A stretch of DNA of 64,000 nucleotides, from assembly GCA_964016885.1 (NCBI GenBank), contig OZ024744.1, positions 71,548,001-71,612,000 on the forward strand. The letters are read 5' to 3'. The DNA is from Eledone cirrhosa. Taxonomy: Eukaryota. Every line of letters starts with the position of its first letter. Within the stretch, counting starts at the first letter, position 1. The position numbers and the translations under genes are program-made. Under the pieces are notes generated by a model. That model saw nothing but the letters and a program-made list of their open reading frames with translations, did no database searches and was not told the origin of the DNA. This document shows positions 43,048 through 58,200 of the stretch, piece by piece.

Positions 43048-43690
43048 GGATACTTAGTAAAATCGAATCTCTGGCGGTTTGTAAGCAAATTAGGCCTACG
43101 ATATGAATGAGTTAGCAAAGCACTCGATAAGGTAGGTCTTTAGAGTAATAACATACGTTTAAATAGCTTGAGAAATTGAACATTGTGGTAGCCAAAATCT
43201 AACACACAATACCAAAGTAACGAAAGAACTAACAGGTTGAGAAAAATACACCTGGACAAATCAAATGTTATACGTTTAAAGTGTTTCTATGTATCCGAAA
43301 TCAAATATCAGACTTACGTAACTGGCAAGCTCGTGGCATTCATGATCGAACATATACATATATATATAAACACACCCGTATATATTAGTGTTATTACCAA
43401 TCCTTGGAATAATAATCCATATAGATATATGTCGTCGTTTAAATAATCAGAATAAGGCAAAACCCACATGTCTGTTGGCAACTGAGTGTGTATTAATACC
43501 TTATGCCTTAGTGAAGATATACGGAATAAGGTTAAGAAAACATTTTAAAGATAGAAAAACTCCTTGCTACGGCGGAACATACGTTTCTTGCTATGACAAA
43601 ATTTCATTGAACCTTAACGTAAATTTTTCTGGAGGGATTTGGCAAGCCGTCTTGATAGCTATACACCCCGCAATTGCCATCCACACACAG

Positions 43691-43734
<44 letters not shown>

Positions 43735-44439
43735 CCAAAGAACATTAAATTATAAATACACACACAAGTATATGTACACATGTACACAGACACACAGACA
43801 CCCACATATATATATATTTATACGCACACACACACACACACACATACACACACACGCACTCGTATATATAAACATGTGAAACTACATGTATGTGAATAGT
43901 TATGACCGTATATGTAGCTTGTTGTTGTTGTCGTCGTCGTCCTCCTCCTCCTTCTTCTTCTTCTTCTTCTTCTTTCTATCTATCTAGCTCTCGAACCCAC
44001 GATGAACATGTTCTCTCATGTGTGATCTCAGACCAATCTAGAATCTGCAATCGTATCAGACAGAGTAACATCCGATCACTAGAGATATAATCGAGAGATA
44101 CATGGTTCGATTCCCTCGCATGCGCCTTTGCCCACTTTTCCCGTTTATTGGCGCAATTTACCCAATTCTCTCAGCTATTGGTCTATTTAGTTACTGACTG
44201 CTATTACAGTTATTTTCTGTGTTTAGTATTTTCAAGTTTTTCAAATTTCCAAATTTGAAGCACTTCCAGCACATCGATAATTCACAACGTTTGTTTACTT
44301 ACAAGCTGTATAGTATAACATCCTAAAAATAGGTAGATAGATGTGGCAGTCACGCTTTAGAGCGATGGTAACACACTCGTGAAGTATTTTGAGATATACA
44401 TTGTTGATTCATCGTAGGCACCTCTGGCAACATTTTACG

Positions 44440-44902
44440 TTTCAAGCCTCTTTCTCTCGACGCTACACTCCGCCAGTTGCAGACTACGCATCAACATTAG
44501 ATATTTTTCTCCACAAAGTTCGATCTTTAACAGCACAGTTTAAAGAGCAAAGATCAAGTTCATAAGTTGACATTATCAAGTCATCGTTTTGGCTTCCGGC
44601 CTCTGCTTCTCTTACTAACCAACTTTACTTCTAGGCATAACTTACACCATCAGTTGATCTTTTTATATGACCGTACAGTTTAAGTACTCTTGACCTGACA
44701 ATTGATGTAATTGGTCTAAGCCTGGTAATGTTGAGCAGCTCATTGATACAAATACGGTCGCTGAGCCGCTTGCCAGTCATAAGCTTCATGATGTGGTTCT
44801 GGAATGTAGAGAGCTTCTGAAGTGACCTTGTCATCCAATTAACACAGTCAAAACCATATAACACAACTGGTAGGATGTAAGTATCAAAGATCTTAGCCTT
44901 CA
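44440..44902 (-). mobile_element. RTE-clade-like LINE 3' fragment, cut by the assembly gap
   Basis: Translates to KIFDTYILPVVLYG..LKLYGHIKR..KRSRGR..AVKDRTLWR, like RTE C-terminal motifs. Confidence 0.7.
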
Positions 44903-45102
44903 NNNNNNNNNNNNNNNNNNNNNNNNNNNNNNNNNNNNNNNNNNNNNNNNNNNNNNNNNNNNNNNNNNNNNNNNNNNNNNNNNNNNNNNNNNNNNNNNNN
45001 NNNNNNNNNNNNNNNNNNNNNNNNNNNNNNNNNNNNNNNNNNNNNNNNNNNNNNNNNNNNNNNNNNNNNNNNNNNNNNNNNNNNNNNNNNNNNNNNNNNN
45101 NN
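44903..45102. other. Assembly gap (200 N)
   Basis: Run of N. Confidence 1.
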
Positions 45103-45141
45103 GGACTCGACGGCTGTGTTCTGTTGAGTAATAATAAACAG

Positions 45142-45173
<32 letters not shown>

Positions 45174-45362
45174 GGAAAATAGTAAGGACTCCGACGGCTG
45201 AGCTCCGGCCCTTTCGACTCTTTTCCTATTACACTCTACTAATCTAAATATTGAGTACTCTCGTGCGTTATGGTCCACCTGGTATCTTACCACACTCACT
45301 TTGTTATATATATATATATATATCATAAATTATGTCCATAGAATCATGTGATAAAATATATA

Positions 45363-45418
<56 letters not shown>

Positions 45419-45433
45419 TAAAATAACAGATTA

Positions 45434-45486
45434 AAGTTTAAGCAAAGAATCGCTGCTTTCACCCTTAACGGGATCTTCTGAAACTT
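45434..45486 (-). ncRNA. Degenerate type I hammerhead-like motif (U4A)
   Basis: - strand reads AAGTTT CAGAAGA T-CCC-gttaa-GGG-T GAA AGCA..TGCT T AAACTT. Confidence 0.4.
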
Positions 45487-46142
45487 ATATATATATAAGA
45501 AGCAAAGAAAATTTCAAAGATACGAAAGATTTCCTGGTGGAAGTTCAGGTGTACTCCGGGTTGGTATCTAGTTTCAAGGTGAAAGACCAATCAGAAAATT
45601 CAACGATATATATATATACTCGGCGTTCGCCCCAGAAGAAAAACAATATTTCACAATTTAAGTTTTATCAATTTCCCTTCTATCATTTAGCCATAATTCT
45701 AAACCCTAACGCTTAACCCAATATAAAAACTGTATATGCTGCAGTGGATTTCAGGATTATTGCATCTATATCTGAATGGAATAAATTATACAAATATGCT
45801 ATCAAATATATATGGTTTTAAACAGGCTAAGGCATGGCTAGTTTCCCGTTTGGTTTCTACTGTAACCAAGGTTTGGTCAATATATTTGAGTGAAATTTGC
45901 AATTTTGATAAATGTGTACGCGTGAAAATATATAGATGTGTATTTGCGTGTGTTTATGTCTATTGTTTGTTTTTGTTCCTTTACGTAATAGTTAATAGTT
46001 CAGCAAATAGACTTCGATAAAATAAATGCCAGATTGAAATATGTAATATGAACTATTTGATCGACGAAAATTTAAAGACAATATCTCACTATGCTCACAA
46101 TCCAGTTGAATGACGGAAACCATTAAACGATCTATGTCATGT

Positions 46143-46565
46143 TTCTTGTGCCAAAAGTAGAAACAATTATTTCTTTGGGTCGTACGCCATGCTTTACAGC
46201 ATAGAGTTACGGCCCTGTATGACCTGAGTTTAAATCCCGTCGAGATTAACTTTGCCTTTCATCCTTACGGGGTCAATAAAATAAAGCACCCGTGTGTACT
46301 GGGCTCGATTTAATCGACTTTCCCCACCCCTTGAAATTGCTGGCCTTGTGCCTACATAGAAACAATTATTTTTTTGCGGTGGATTGACAGTATCGGTAGA
46401 GGGGTCAGACGCCATGCTTTACAGCAAAGAGTTACGGCCCTTTATGATCTGAGTTCAAATCCCACCGCGGTTAACTTTGCCTTTCATCCTTACAGGCTCG
46501 ATAAAATAAAGTACCAGCAATGCACTGAGGTATTTGCTGGCCTTGTGCCAAAAGTAGAAATAATT
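46143..46565 (+). mobile_element. Head-to-tail SINE run (one tail fragment plus two copies)
   Basis: Three ends of the type CTTGTGCCwAnAnTAGAAAyAATT at ~46170, ~46370 and ~46565; B-box-like motifs. Confidence 0.8.
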
Positions 46566-46790
46566 TTTCTTGAAACTAAAACTGACAAATAAGTGAAATG
46601 TATATCATTTACAATGTGTGCACAAAGACGAGTGTGTTAGAATGTTTGCGTGTATTTTGGCATACGTTTCTATCCACCATTAATGGATACACATTTATTG
46701 CGCAATGAATAAATAAGTATGACTATATTGACAGAGAGACAGATAGTCAGGTACGTAGTAAACAGACGTACAGATAGCCAGTTAGACAAT

Positions 46791-46868
<78 letters not shown>

Positions 46869-46898
46869 CAAATGAAACAACGGAGTTAAGGACTCGCG

Positions 46899-49693
<2,795 letters not shown>

Positions 49694-49881
49694 TCAGTAT
49701 CTACGATTACCCAACTCACAATCTGACGAAACCATAACTTTCAAAACTTCAAAGTCACTGTCAAATGTTTTATATTTATAACTACACACGCTCACACATC
49801 TACACAAACATTCTCTCATTTGTGTGGACACACACACACACTCACATATATATATATAAATATACATATATATGTATATAA

Positions 49882-49927
<46 letters not shown>

Positions 49928-50198
49928 CATACATACACATATATATATAAATATATAAGAAAAAAGTAAGACCAATAGAAAATCAAAAATTATACAAAAC
50001 CACAAAAAAAAACAAACAAACAGCAACAACAACATAATATCCCAACAACCAACACAACAGCGTCGCTGAATCTCTTTTAATCTCTAATACATCGTAGCAG
50101 GAAGCCAAAATAACGGGTTCTTTTTTATCCGAAAGTATCTTCTATTTTTGATTCGGTAATGAATTTTTTTTTGTTTATTTATATATATTTTCTATATT

Positions 50199-50229
<31 letters not shown>

Positions 50230-50315
50230 GTCATCATCATCATCATTATCGTCGTCATCATCATTGTCGTCATCATGATCCTCATTATCATCATCATCAT
50301 CATCATCATCATCAT
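50199..50315. repeat. (CAT)n microsatellite
   Basis: Read directly from the sequence. Confidence 0.9.
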
Positions 50316-50316
50316 T

Positions 50317-50512
50317 GGGGCAGTATTGAGTTACGGCTCTTTACTGTCTGAGTTCAAATCCCACCGATGTTAAATTTCGGTAGAGCGTCAGACTCCATGC
50401 TTTGCAGCATAGGAGTTACAGCCCTTTATTGTCTGAGTTCAAATCCCGCCGATGTAAACTTTGCTTTTCAACCTTACGGGGTCAATAAAATAAAGTACCA
50501 GTAATGCATTGG
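50317..50512 (+). mobile_element. Two partial SINE copies
   Basis: GAGTTCAAATCCC occurs twice, with SINE body sequence. Confidence 0.75.
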
Positions 50513-50519
50513 TTAATTT

Positions 50520-53500
50520 ATCCTTATTTACCTGTCATAAATATTTATTGTTAAATTTTTGTTGTCGTGTAAGGGACATAAGCCCTTGGAATTTGCCCTG
50601 TGAGAAGGGGAAAGTATAATATTTGAACTTTATTTAAAATATAATTTCTTTAAAAACAAAACAAAAAAAAACATGGTGGAGCCACGTCCCCAAATTCGTC
50701 TGACAGCGGTGTCAACGTTAAGACGAATAACGCTGCCCCTCCCACAACAAAAATGAAAACTAACACCACATTAAGCAGTATCGCCAACAACAACAACACC
50801 AACAATAATGAGAACACCAACAACAGCAGCACCAACGACAACAACACCAACAACATTGAAAATACAAATGTGAACAAAAATGACAACACCAATAACAGTA
50901 GCAACAACAACAACAATGACAACACCAACAACACCAACAAGAACAACGACAACAACAACAACAACAACACCAACAACAACACCAACAGCACCAACGACAA
51001 CAACAAGAACACTTTCGCTGCCGCAGCAGCCAAGCAAAGGCCATGCTTCAATATGGGCTTGACAGACAAGGAGACAAAGTTGGCCCAGGCATGGAAGCTC
51101 ATCAAACAGGAGCAAACCTGGGCCAACTTAACTGTCCCGGCAGAGGCCATAGAAGCGATGGGGAGGAGAACTCTGGTCTTCAGATGCATCTCAGCAAAAA
51201 AAGAAAAAAGAAAACACAAGAAGAAATCTCACACACCAACACAAACAGCAAACAAAAAAGACAGATTCGCACCAAACATAGACACACATACTACAACATC
51301 CACCCCCGCAACAATGCAACCTCCACCAAGAACACTACCACTAACACAAACAACTAAAAGAAAACACACACTGCAGTAACTTACAACCACAACAACACCT
51401 AACTTCATGTTAATGAGGAAACAAACACAAGACTACTGAACCTCATAACATGAAGTAAGGAAATAGATAAGGGGGGGGGCGTTTAATACCTGCACCTTCA
51501 AGGTGCCACAAACACTTTTGCTGGTGTGAATGGCATTAAGCAATTATAAAACAATTAGGGAGAGCTTCCCGAATGACGTGGCAACACCCACTGTAAAAGC
51601 CTCGAGTAGGCTTTTTAAAGGATTCCCAAAAGAAACCCCACCAACTATGGAGGTCGAACCACCTAACCCTCACAAGAGTCCGGAAGCAGGGTCACCTGGT
51701 CAACGACCTCAGGTCTCTAAAATGGATGTAATTGCCGTCAGCGAAACCAGGATTTCCGACACGCGCGCACTAGCCTCCATTTTCGACGACTATTAGATCT
51801 TCGCATCTATTAGTCGGCCGGGAATGGGAGGTGGGGTGGCAGTGCTGTATCTCGAGGTAAGGTCGATCTTCCGGGACCCGGATGGTAAGTTCATGGTCCT
51901 GCACGTGAACAATAGCGAAGGTGATGCCTTTAGACTGGTGGCCGTCTACGCCCCTAGCGGGACAGGACGGCCGGATTTCTTTAGGCGTCTGGAAACCTTT
52001 CTGGGTACGTCTCGCCCTTTACTGTTAGCGGGGAGACTGGAACGGCATCTTAGACGCACGCTGGGACTGTGTGGGAGTATCCGATAGGAATGGGAAGGAA
52101 AAAGCCTCAAGTACCTGATCAGTCAGTTCCAACTGTCTGACAGGTACCGGCTAGATTTCCCTAATGTGCCAGTGTGGACCTGGACAAATCGTTTCGGGAC
52201 ATCTAGATCGTACTTAGATAGGTTTCTAATTAGATTAGGAGATAAGGATAGTATAGGGTGTCCACAATAACATACAGTCGCCTATTCAGATCACAAGTTT
52301 GTGATCTGTATGGTCGACCTAGATAAGTCGCGTAGGTTAGGACCTGGTTACTGTAGGCTGAACATGTCGTTTCCGGCACTTAAGGCTTACAGGGTCCAGG
52401 TCAACAGTTTAGTAAGAAAATTTGATAAGGGGAGTCGTCAACAATAGATAGTGGGGGCTCTCAAAAGAGAGATTAGAGTAATGTAGATAGAGTTTAGCAA
52501 AGAAGTAGCGTTAGAGAAAAATAGAAAGGAGAGGAAGCTGGTAGGTAAGGTAGACGAGGCTATTTGTAGTGACATTGCAACTGATGTGCTCGCGACGAGA
52601 ATAGCATTAGATAATTTCTTCATGCGAAACACGAAGGTTGCATTTACAGAGCTTAGGCGCGTGCTATGAGAAACGAAGGAACCAAAGCTGTTCGATGGGC
52701 CTACCTGGTGGAGGCGCAGCGTGTTAATAAAATCACAATTCGGTCTTTGGCGGACAGAGACTGATACGAGATAAGCGATTTCAAGCGGATGTGTGAGGGC
52801 TTTCGCCAGCAATTTGCTCGGTTGTTCGGAGAGAGTGGTGGGTCAGAGACGGTAGCGGACTTCAGTACCCCGATAGCTTACCGCGCATCTCGACGGTTGA
52901 CGCTGAGCGCTGCGAAAGGCCGATTACTTCAGCCGAAATTCAGGACGCCCTTGTCGGCTGCACGAGGTTTGGACGACCTGCCCCACGAGCTTTACGTAAA
53001 TATACCAGACTTGTTCTCTCATCGCCTCGAAGTGCTCTACAGCAACTGGCAACCGAACGGGAGTATTCCCAGTTCTGTGAGTCGGGGCGTAGTGACGCTG
53101 ATAAGGAAAGACGACAACAAAAGGGACACATTAGACATTTTCAGGCCTATAACTCTACTCAACACAGAGCATAAGATTTTGGCGAAGGTGTTAGCAAAGA
53201 GATAGGCGCTTGTCGTCGAGGATTTGGTTGGGGAGGCGAAAACTTGCACAATCCCAACCAGGTCCATGCATGACAAGCTCCACTCGATGCGATACATCAT
53301 ATAGAGGGCAGGGTGTAAACCTGTCTTCGGTGGAGCACTGATCAATTTAGATCAATCGAAAGCATTCGGTAGGGTCGACCATCGGTACCTGGAGGCTGTC
53401 CTCAAAGTAGCTGGCATCGGCCCTGTCTTCAGAAGCTGGATCGCTGCAGAGCGGTATCTGCTCGATGTTAATGGCCACCTTTCGGAACAGTTTCGGTTCT

Positions 53501-55261
53501 CCCGATCTGTCCATCAAGGGTGCCCTCTCTCTTCCCTTCTGTACGTATTGACTCTCGAGCCTTTACTGCGGAAGGTGGAGCTGTTGCAGTGCATCACGCT
53601 CGAACCGGGACGTGGAAAGGCTGTGTCTGCTTACGCGGACGACATCACCGTGATGGTGTCAGACACCTCAGAAATCGAGGTGGTCGCCAACTTATTGGAG
53701 GAATATGAAAGGTTGACAGGAGCGAAACATAACCCGGAAAAGTCAGTGGGCTTGCAGCTCGGCACCTGAAGAGGCAAGTCCAGGCCGTCCAACAGCGTCG
53801 TTGGGCACTGGACGGACGGATCTAAAAGTTGTTCGGGTTTGGTTCGGACCAGACCTCCAGGTGGAAAAGAATTGAGACGAGGTAACGAACAGGATAACCA
53901 GTTTCACCAAAAAATTGTCTGCGAGGAAGGTATCTCTGAAAAGTGGCACCGAGGTGGCGAATGCGTACATCGGGTCCGTCATCTACTACCACCTGACCGT
54001 CGTGCCTTGCCCCCGTCCGGGCCTCGCCAAGTTGGAACAGCTTACTTCAAATTCTTGTGGAGAGCACAAGTCCCGTTGGTGAGGCGGTCCATCTGCTGCT
54101 AGCACCCTTTACGCGGAGAGCTGCGACATTTCCAGATATTTTGCCTAAACGGTGAACAGGTGTGGTCGCCGTTTATCAGACGGGCATTTCCGCAACTCGT
54201 TTCTTTGACTGAGCTGCAGTCCTGGGTCAATAAGAGACCAAGACTGGGTGACTGGCACCTGAAATGTTATCAGGCACTCACCAAATCTTGCCAGGCACTC
54301 ACTCTACCAAGCGGGCAATGTGATCTGTGGAACTTCCACTCTCGAGTTCTATAGAGGATTATTGGTGGGCAAGTGTGATGACGCACTCGGAGAGGCTTCG
54401 GGTTTCGACGAAGTCGAAGTGACCAGTCTGTTCCGGTGGACCTTCGAACCAGGGACGATGGATAACTTCCAGAAATCACTATCTTGGCAGTGCTACCGGG
54501 GAGCACTGCCGGTTCTAGATAAACTCTACAGACACGGAAGTGCTGTCAGACGGGCCTGCGCGTGATGCGCACAGAGTGACGAAACCGTTCTGCACGCACT
54601 TGTCCAATGTCCGTGCATTACTGACTTGTGGAGTTATGTCGAGCAGCTGTTGTCGCGTGTAGAACGGATCCGGCTATCGGCCGAGTCCATAGCAAAGATC
54701 GACTCGCTGCTTTCCTTTGACCAGGAAGGGCAGGGAATTTTCCTCTGTCTGGTGGCAGTAGCGAAAGAAGTTGTATGGTGGACGAGGTTGAAAGGACTGA
54801 AGACAGACACTTTTCTCTCCGGCCAATCCCTCATCAACTCCTTCAAGTTTCATCTGGAAAGGAAGGTGAGGGTGGAGAGAGAAGTGCTACACCCCAGTAC
54901 ATTTGTTAAAAGGTGGATGAATGTGGAGAGAATGGTCCCGTGTGAGCGGGCCTACTCTAACCATACACCTATAAGGTGGCTAATTTGAGGAGGAGAGGGG
55001 GTACTCTCCCCGGGTGCCTTAGAAACGCAGGGTGGTTCAGGATTAGTGGGGTACCTGAGTCTCTCCTGTATCGCCCCCCCCCCCCCTATAAGGGAATTTA
55101 TTTTGTTATATTTATGCATAGTTTATTTTATATATTTTTTATATCTTCAATGTTAAATTAGTCTTGCCATTGTGCAGTTTTACTCAAGCTTATTATAAAC
55201 CCCTATTGTCCGTTTCTTTGTATTGTCCCCTACATGCGGGCCCCATGGCCAATGCGGGGAA
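50520..55261 (+). mobile_element. Degenerate Tx1 family B, copy B2 (5' boundary uncertain)
   Basis: ORF1 ATG at 50673 is homologous to B1. ORF2 fragments include YADD (53548-53769). Tail is (TTC)7(TTA)n at 55262-55296. Confidence 0.85.
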
Positions 55262-55296
55262 TTCTTCTTCTTCTTCTTCTTCTTATTATTATTATT

Positions 55297-58200
55297 GCTG
55301 AATGCCATGGTTGTCGGAGGCTCGGCTCTGTAACGTATTGTAACTTTTAACCGTTATAACAATTAAAACTTGAACCAAATTGTAGATAAAGACACCCTCC
55401 TCCTCGTGAGAGGGGTCTTTCTGCCCGTTGTTTGGCCCTTCGGGGTTAAATAACCAGTTGTTGGGGATTTGTGCACAATATTCATTTTAAACCGTAAAAA
55501 AAAACATGGCTACAAAAAAGAATGTTCACAAGTCACTCCCACTCCTTCCGTCTTCCCCAATCGTCATTACGTCACAGAAAAGATTGTCTCTCTCCCTCCC
55601 TTCTCTAAATAGGTGTCGCCTCTGCCGCCTCTTTCGCAAGCGACGCCATTAAAAAAAAAGAAAAATGTAGTTTCTCTTAGCGTTCTTCATCAAGAGAACC
55701 CGCGTACCGTGGAACATTTCTCCACGACAACGACAACGAAAGATGTGTGCGGTAAATACGGAAAGCCATTTCATTCGTCTGACGTCATAAAGAATAGCAG
55801 CAGCAGCCGTAATAACAGCTGCAGCAGCAACAGTGGCGAGGAAAATACTAGTAGCAGGCGCAACAACATCAGCAGCAGCATAAACAACAACAGCAACAGC
55901 GGCGGCGGTGGTCGTAGTACCAGCAGAAACAACAAAAGTAACATCAGCTTTGACGACAACAATAACAAGAAAGAAAAACCAATCTCGTTTGTAGGTATCG
56001 CAAAGAACCTGGAAACCATCCTTATAACAAATGAGGAATTACAGGAAGCAAGGAAGATGGGGACGAAAACCGGTAACCGAGCAATCTGCAAGGCAGCCGA
56101 AGAAATTTTCGAAACTCAACAGCACTGTACCGGTCACGTACCGTACAGTAAGCACAAAATCACGTAGGGTTGAAAGAGCCACAGAGGCTCAAATACAAAA
56201 AGCCTTAGGGCCTGTGTGGCAGCGGAAAACGCATATCACTTGAGGTAAGAAATATGCCACTGTGGACGTGCTTTTTGTCACACCCCAGGAGGCAAAGTCT
56301 CAATCCTTAGTAACCCTAAGGGGCGAGGAAATGGTGTTGGTGCCCTCCTACTGCAGGCAAAAAATTGTGAGGGTCACACTGACCCAAGTCCCCCCCCCCC
56401 CCCCGGGATGGCCCCTTCTTGGCTGGCCGCGTCTGTCATCGTCGGAATCGAGGACAAAACAATCGTATTGCAAGTACAGAAAAAAGTACGAGAAGATTGG
56501 GTTGGCGCCTCCATTGAGATGTTAATTCAAACCGACCAGGAGTGCATCGAAGCTATCCCGGATGTGATAGACTTCGATAACGGCACTCAACTGCCCATAA
56601 GTGTTGAGGGCAAAAGCCCGAAATGCTTTCGCTGTGGATTGAAGACTCACCTCAGGGCCTTCTGCAACGAGAAGACCCTGAGAAAGGAGAAAACCCCCCT
56701 CCTTCCGAAACCGGCTCCACTGCTACCAGCAACATACCCACGCCACGGAAATCAAGAACAACAGCAGCAGTGGAAGTATTAACAACACCAACAGTAATAC
56801 CAGCTGCAGCTGAAACAGAGACTCCACTGCAATCATCACCAACAACAACAAGTGAAAGAGTGGAGCTGGTACTCCTCCCCGACTTCACAGAATCGGACAT
56901 GGAGTGTGAGGTGGGAGAGGGATGGCAAAAGGTCGCAAGAAGACACAAACGCAGAAGCAGCGCATCGTCGCCTTCGAAAAGGGAGGGGAGAAATGAAAAA
57001 AGGGTGAAGGCTACTGCAAAGAGACTTACAGCAGCAACACCACCCACACCATCACCACCAACACTAGCACTACCATCACCACTGGCGGCAACCCCACCGC
57101 CAACAACAACAACACCTTCAACAACACCACCACAAGCACCAACATCGCAAACACAACAACAATACACACACACCCAGCAACAACGACAAGAAAATAGCAG
57201 AACCCCACCCCACCACCAGAAAAAGAAATGCACAGCAATACATACACACAACAAGAAACTAATGACTTACATAATTGAACACACAGACATTTCACAGCAC
57301 GACTACATAATACCAGCACCAATCAAAACTCCTACGAACATAAGACTGGTAAGAATATCACAGAAACAATACGCAAACATTAAAATGAAATTCCCCAACG
57401 CCAGTTGGTGATTTCAGAGACCTAGGAGGGACACTCAACCGGAGAGTATACGCGGATATACTCACCGAAGAGCCGACGACCAGCAGAAGGAACGATTCAA
57501 CGGTCCTTTCACCAGACGATCGAGGTAAGTGATCCTTTCTCACTTACCCCGTTCCTCACCCAACATGGCCGTATTCAAGATCGGAAGTGTAAACGTGCGT
57601 GGCTTGAACTCGGTTTGGAAGCAGGGTCACTTACTTAACGACCTCAGGTCACTAAACATAGATGTAGTGGCCATAAGCGAGACGATAATCTCCGAAACGC
57701 AAGCTACCCAAGCTACCACCGACTTACCTTCTGGACCCAGAAGGTAAGTCAGTGGTGCTGGAGGTGAACGGCACCGAAGGCAACGCTTTCAGGCTAGTAG
57801 CCGTCTATGCCCCGATAGGGACAGGACGGCCAGATTTCTTTAGACGTCTAGAGACCTTTCTTGGAACGTCCCGCTCTTTAGTATTAGTGGGCGACTGGAA
57901 TGGTATCTTGGATGCACGCTTGGATTGTGTGGGGATAGTGGATAGGGGAGGAGGGTGCAACCTGCTCAGACGTTTTGAACTGTCTGACAGGTATCGACTG
58001 GATCACCCGAATGTGCCAATGTGGACATGAACAAACCGCATCCGGTCATCCAGATCGTATCTCGATAGGGTATTCTGCAGAGAACTAGATAAGGCTAGTA
58101 TAAGTTGTCCACAATTTAAAATAGTCGACTACACAGACCACAAATTTGTGATCTGTGAGATCGACATAGAGAGACTTCATAGACAAGGGCCTGGTTACTG

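Noticed and set aside
45171-45229. Hairpin ATAGGAAAA..TTTTCCTAT around a GC-rich core as a ribozyme
   Set aside because: The stem is real, but no hammerhead, twister or HDV core could be fitted.
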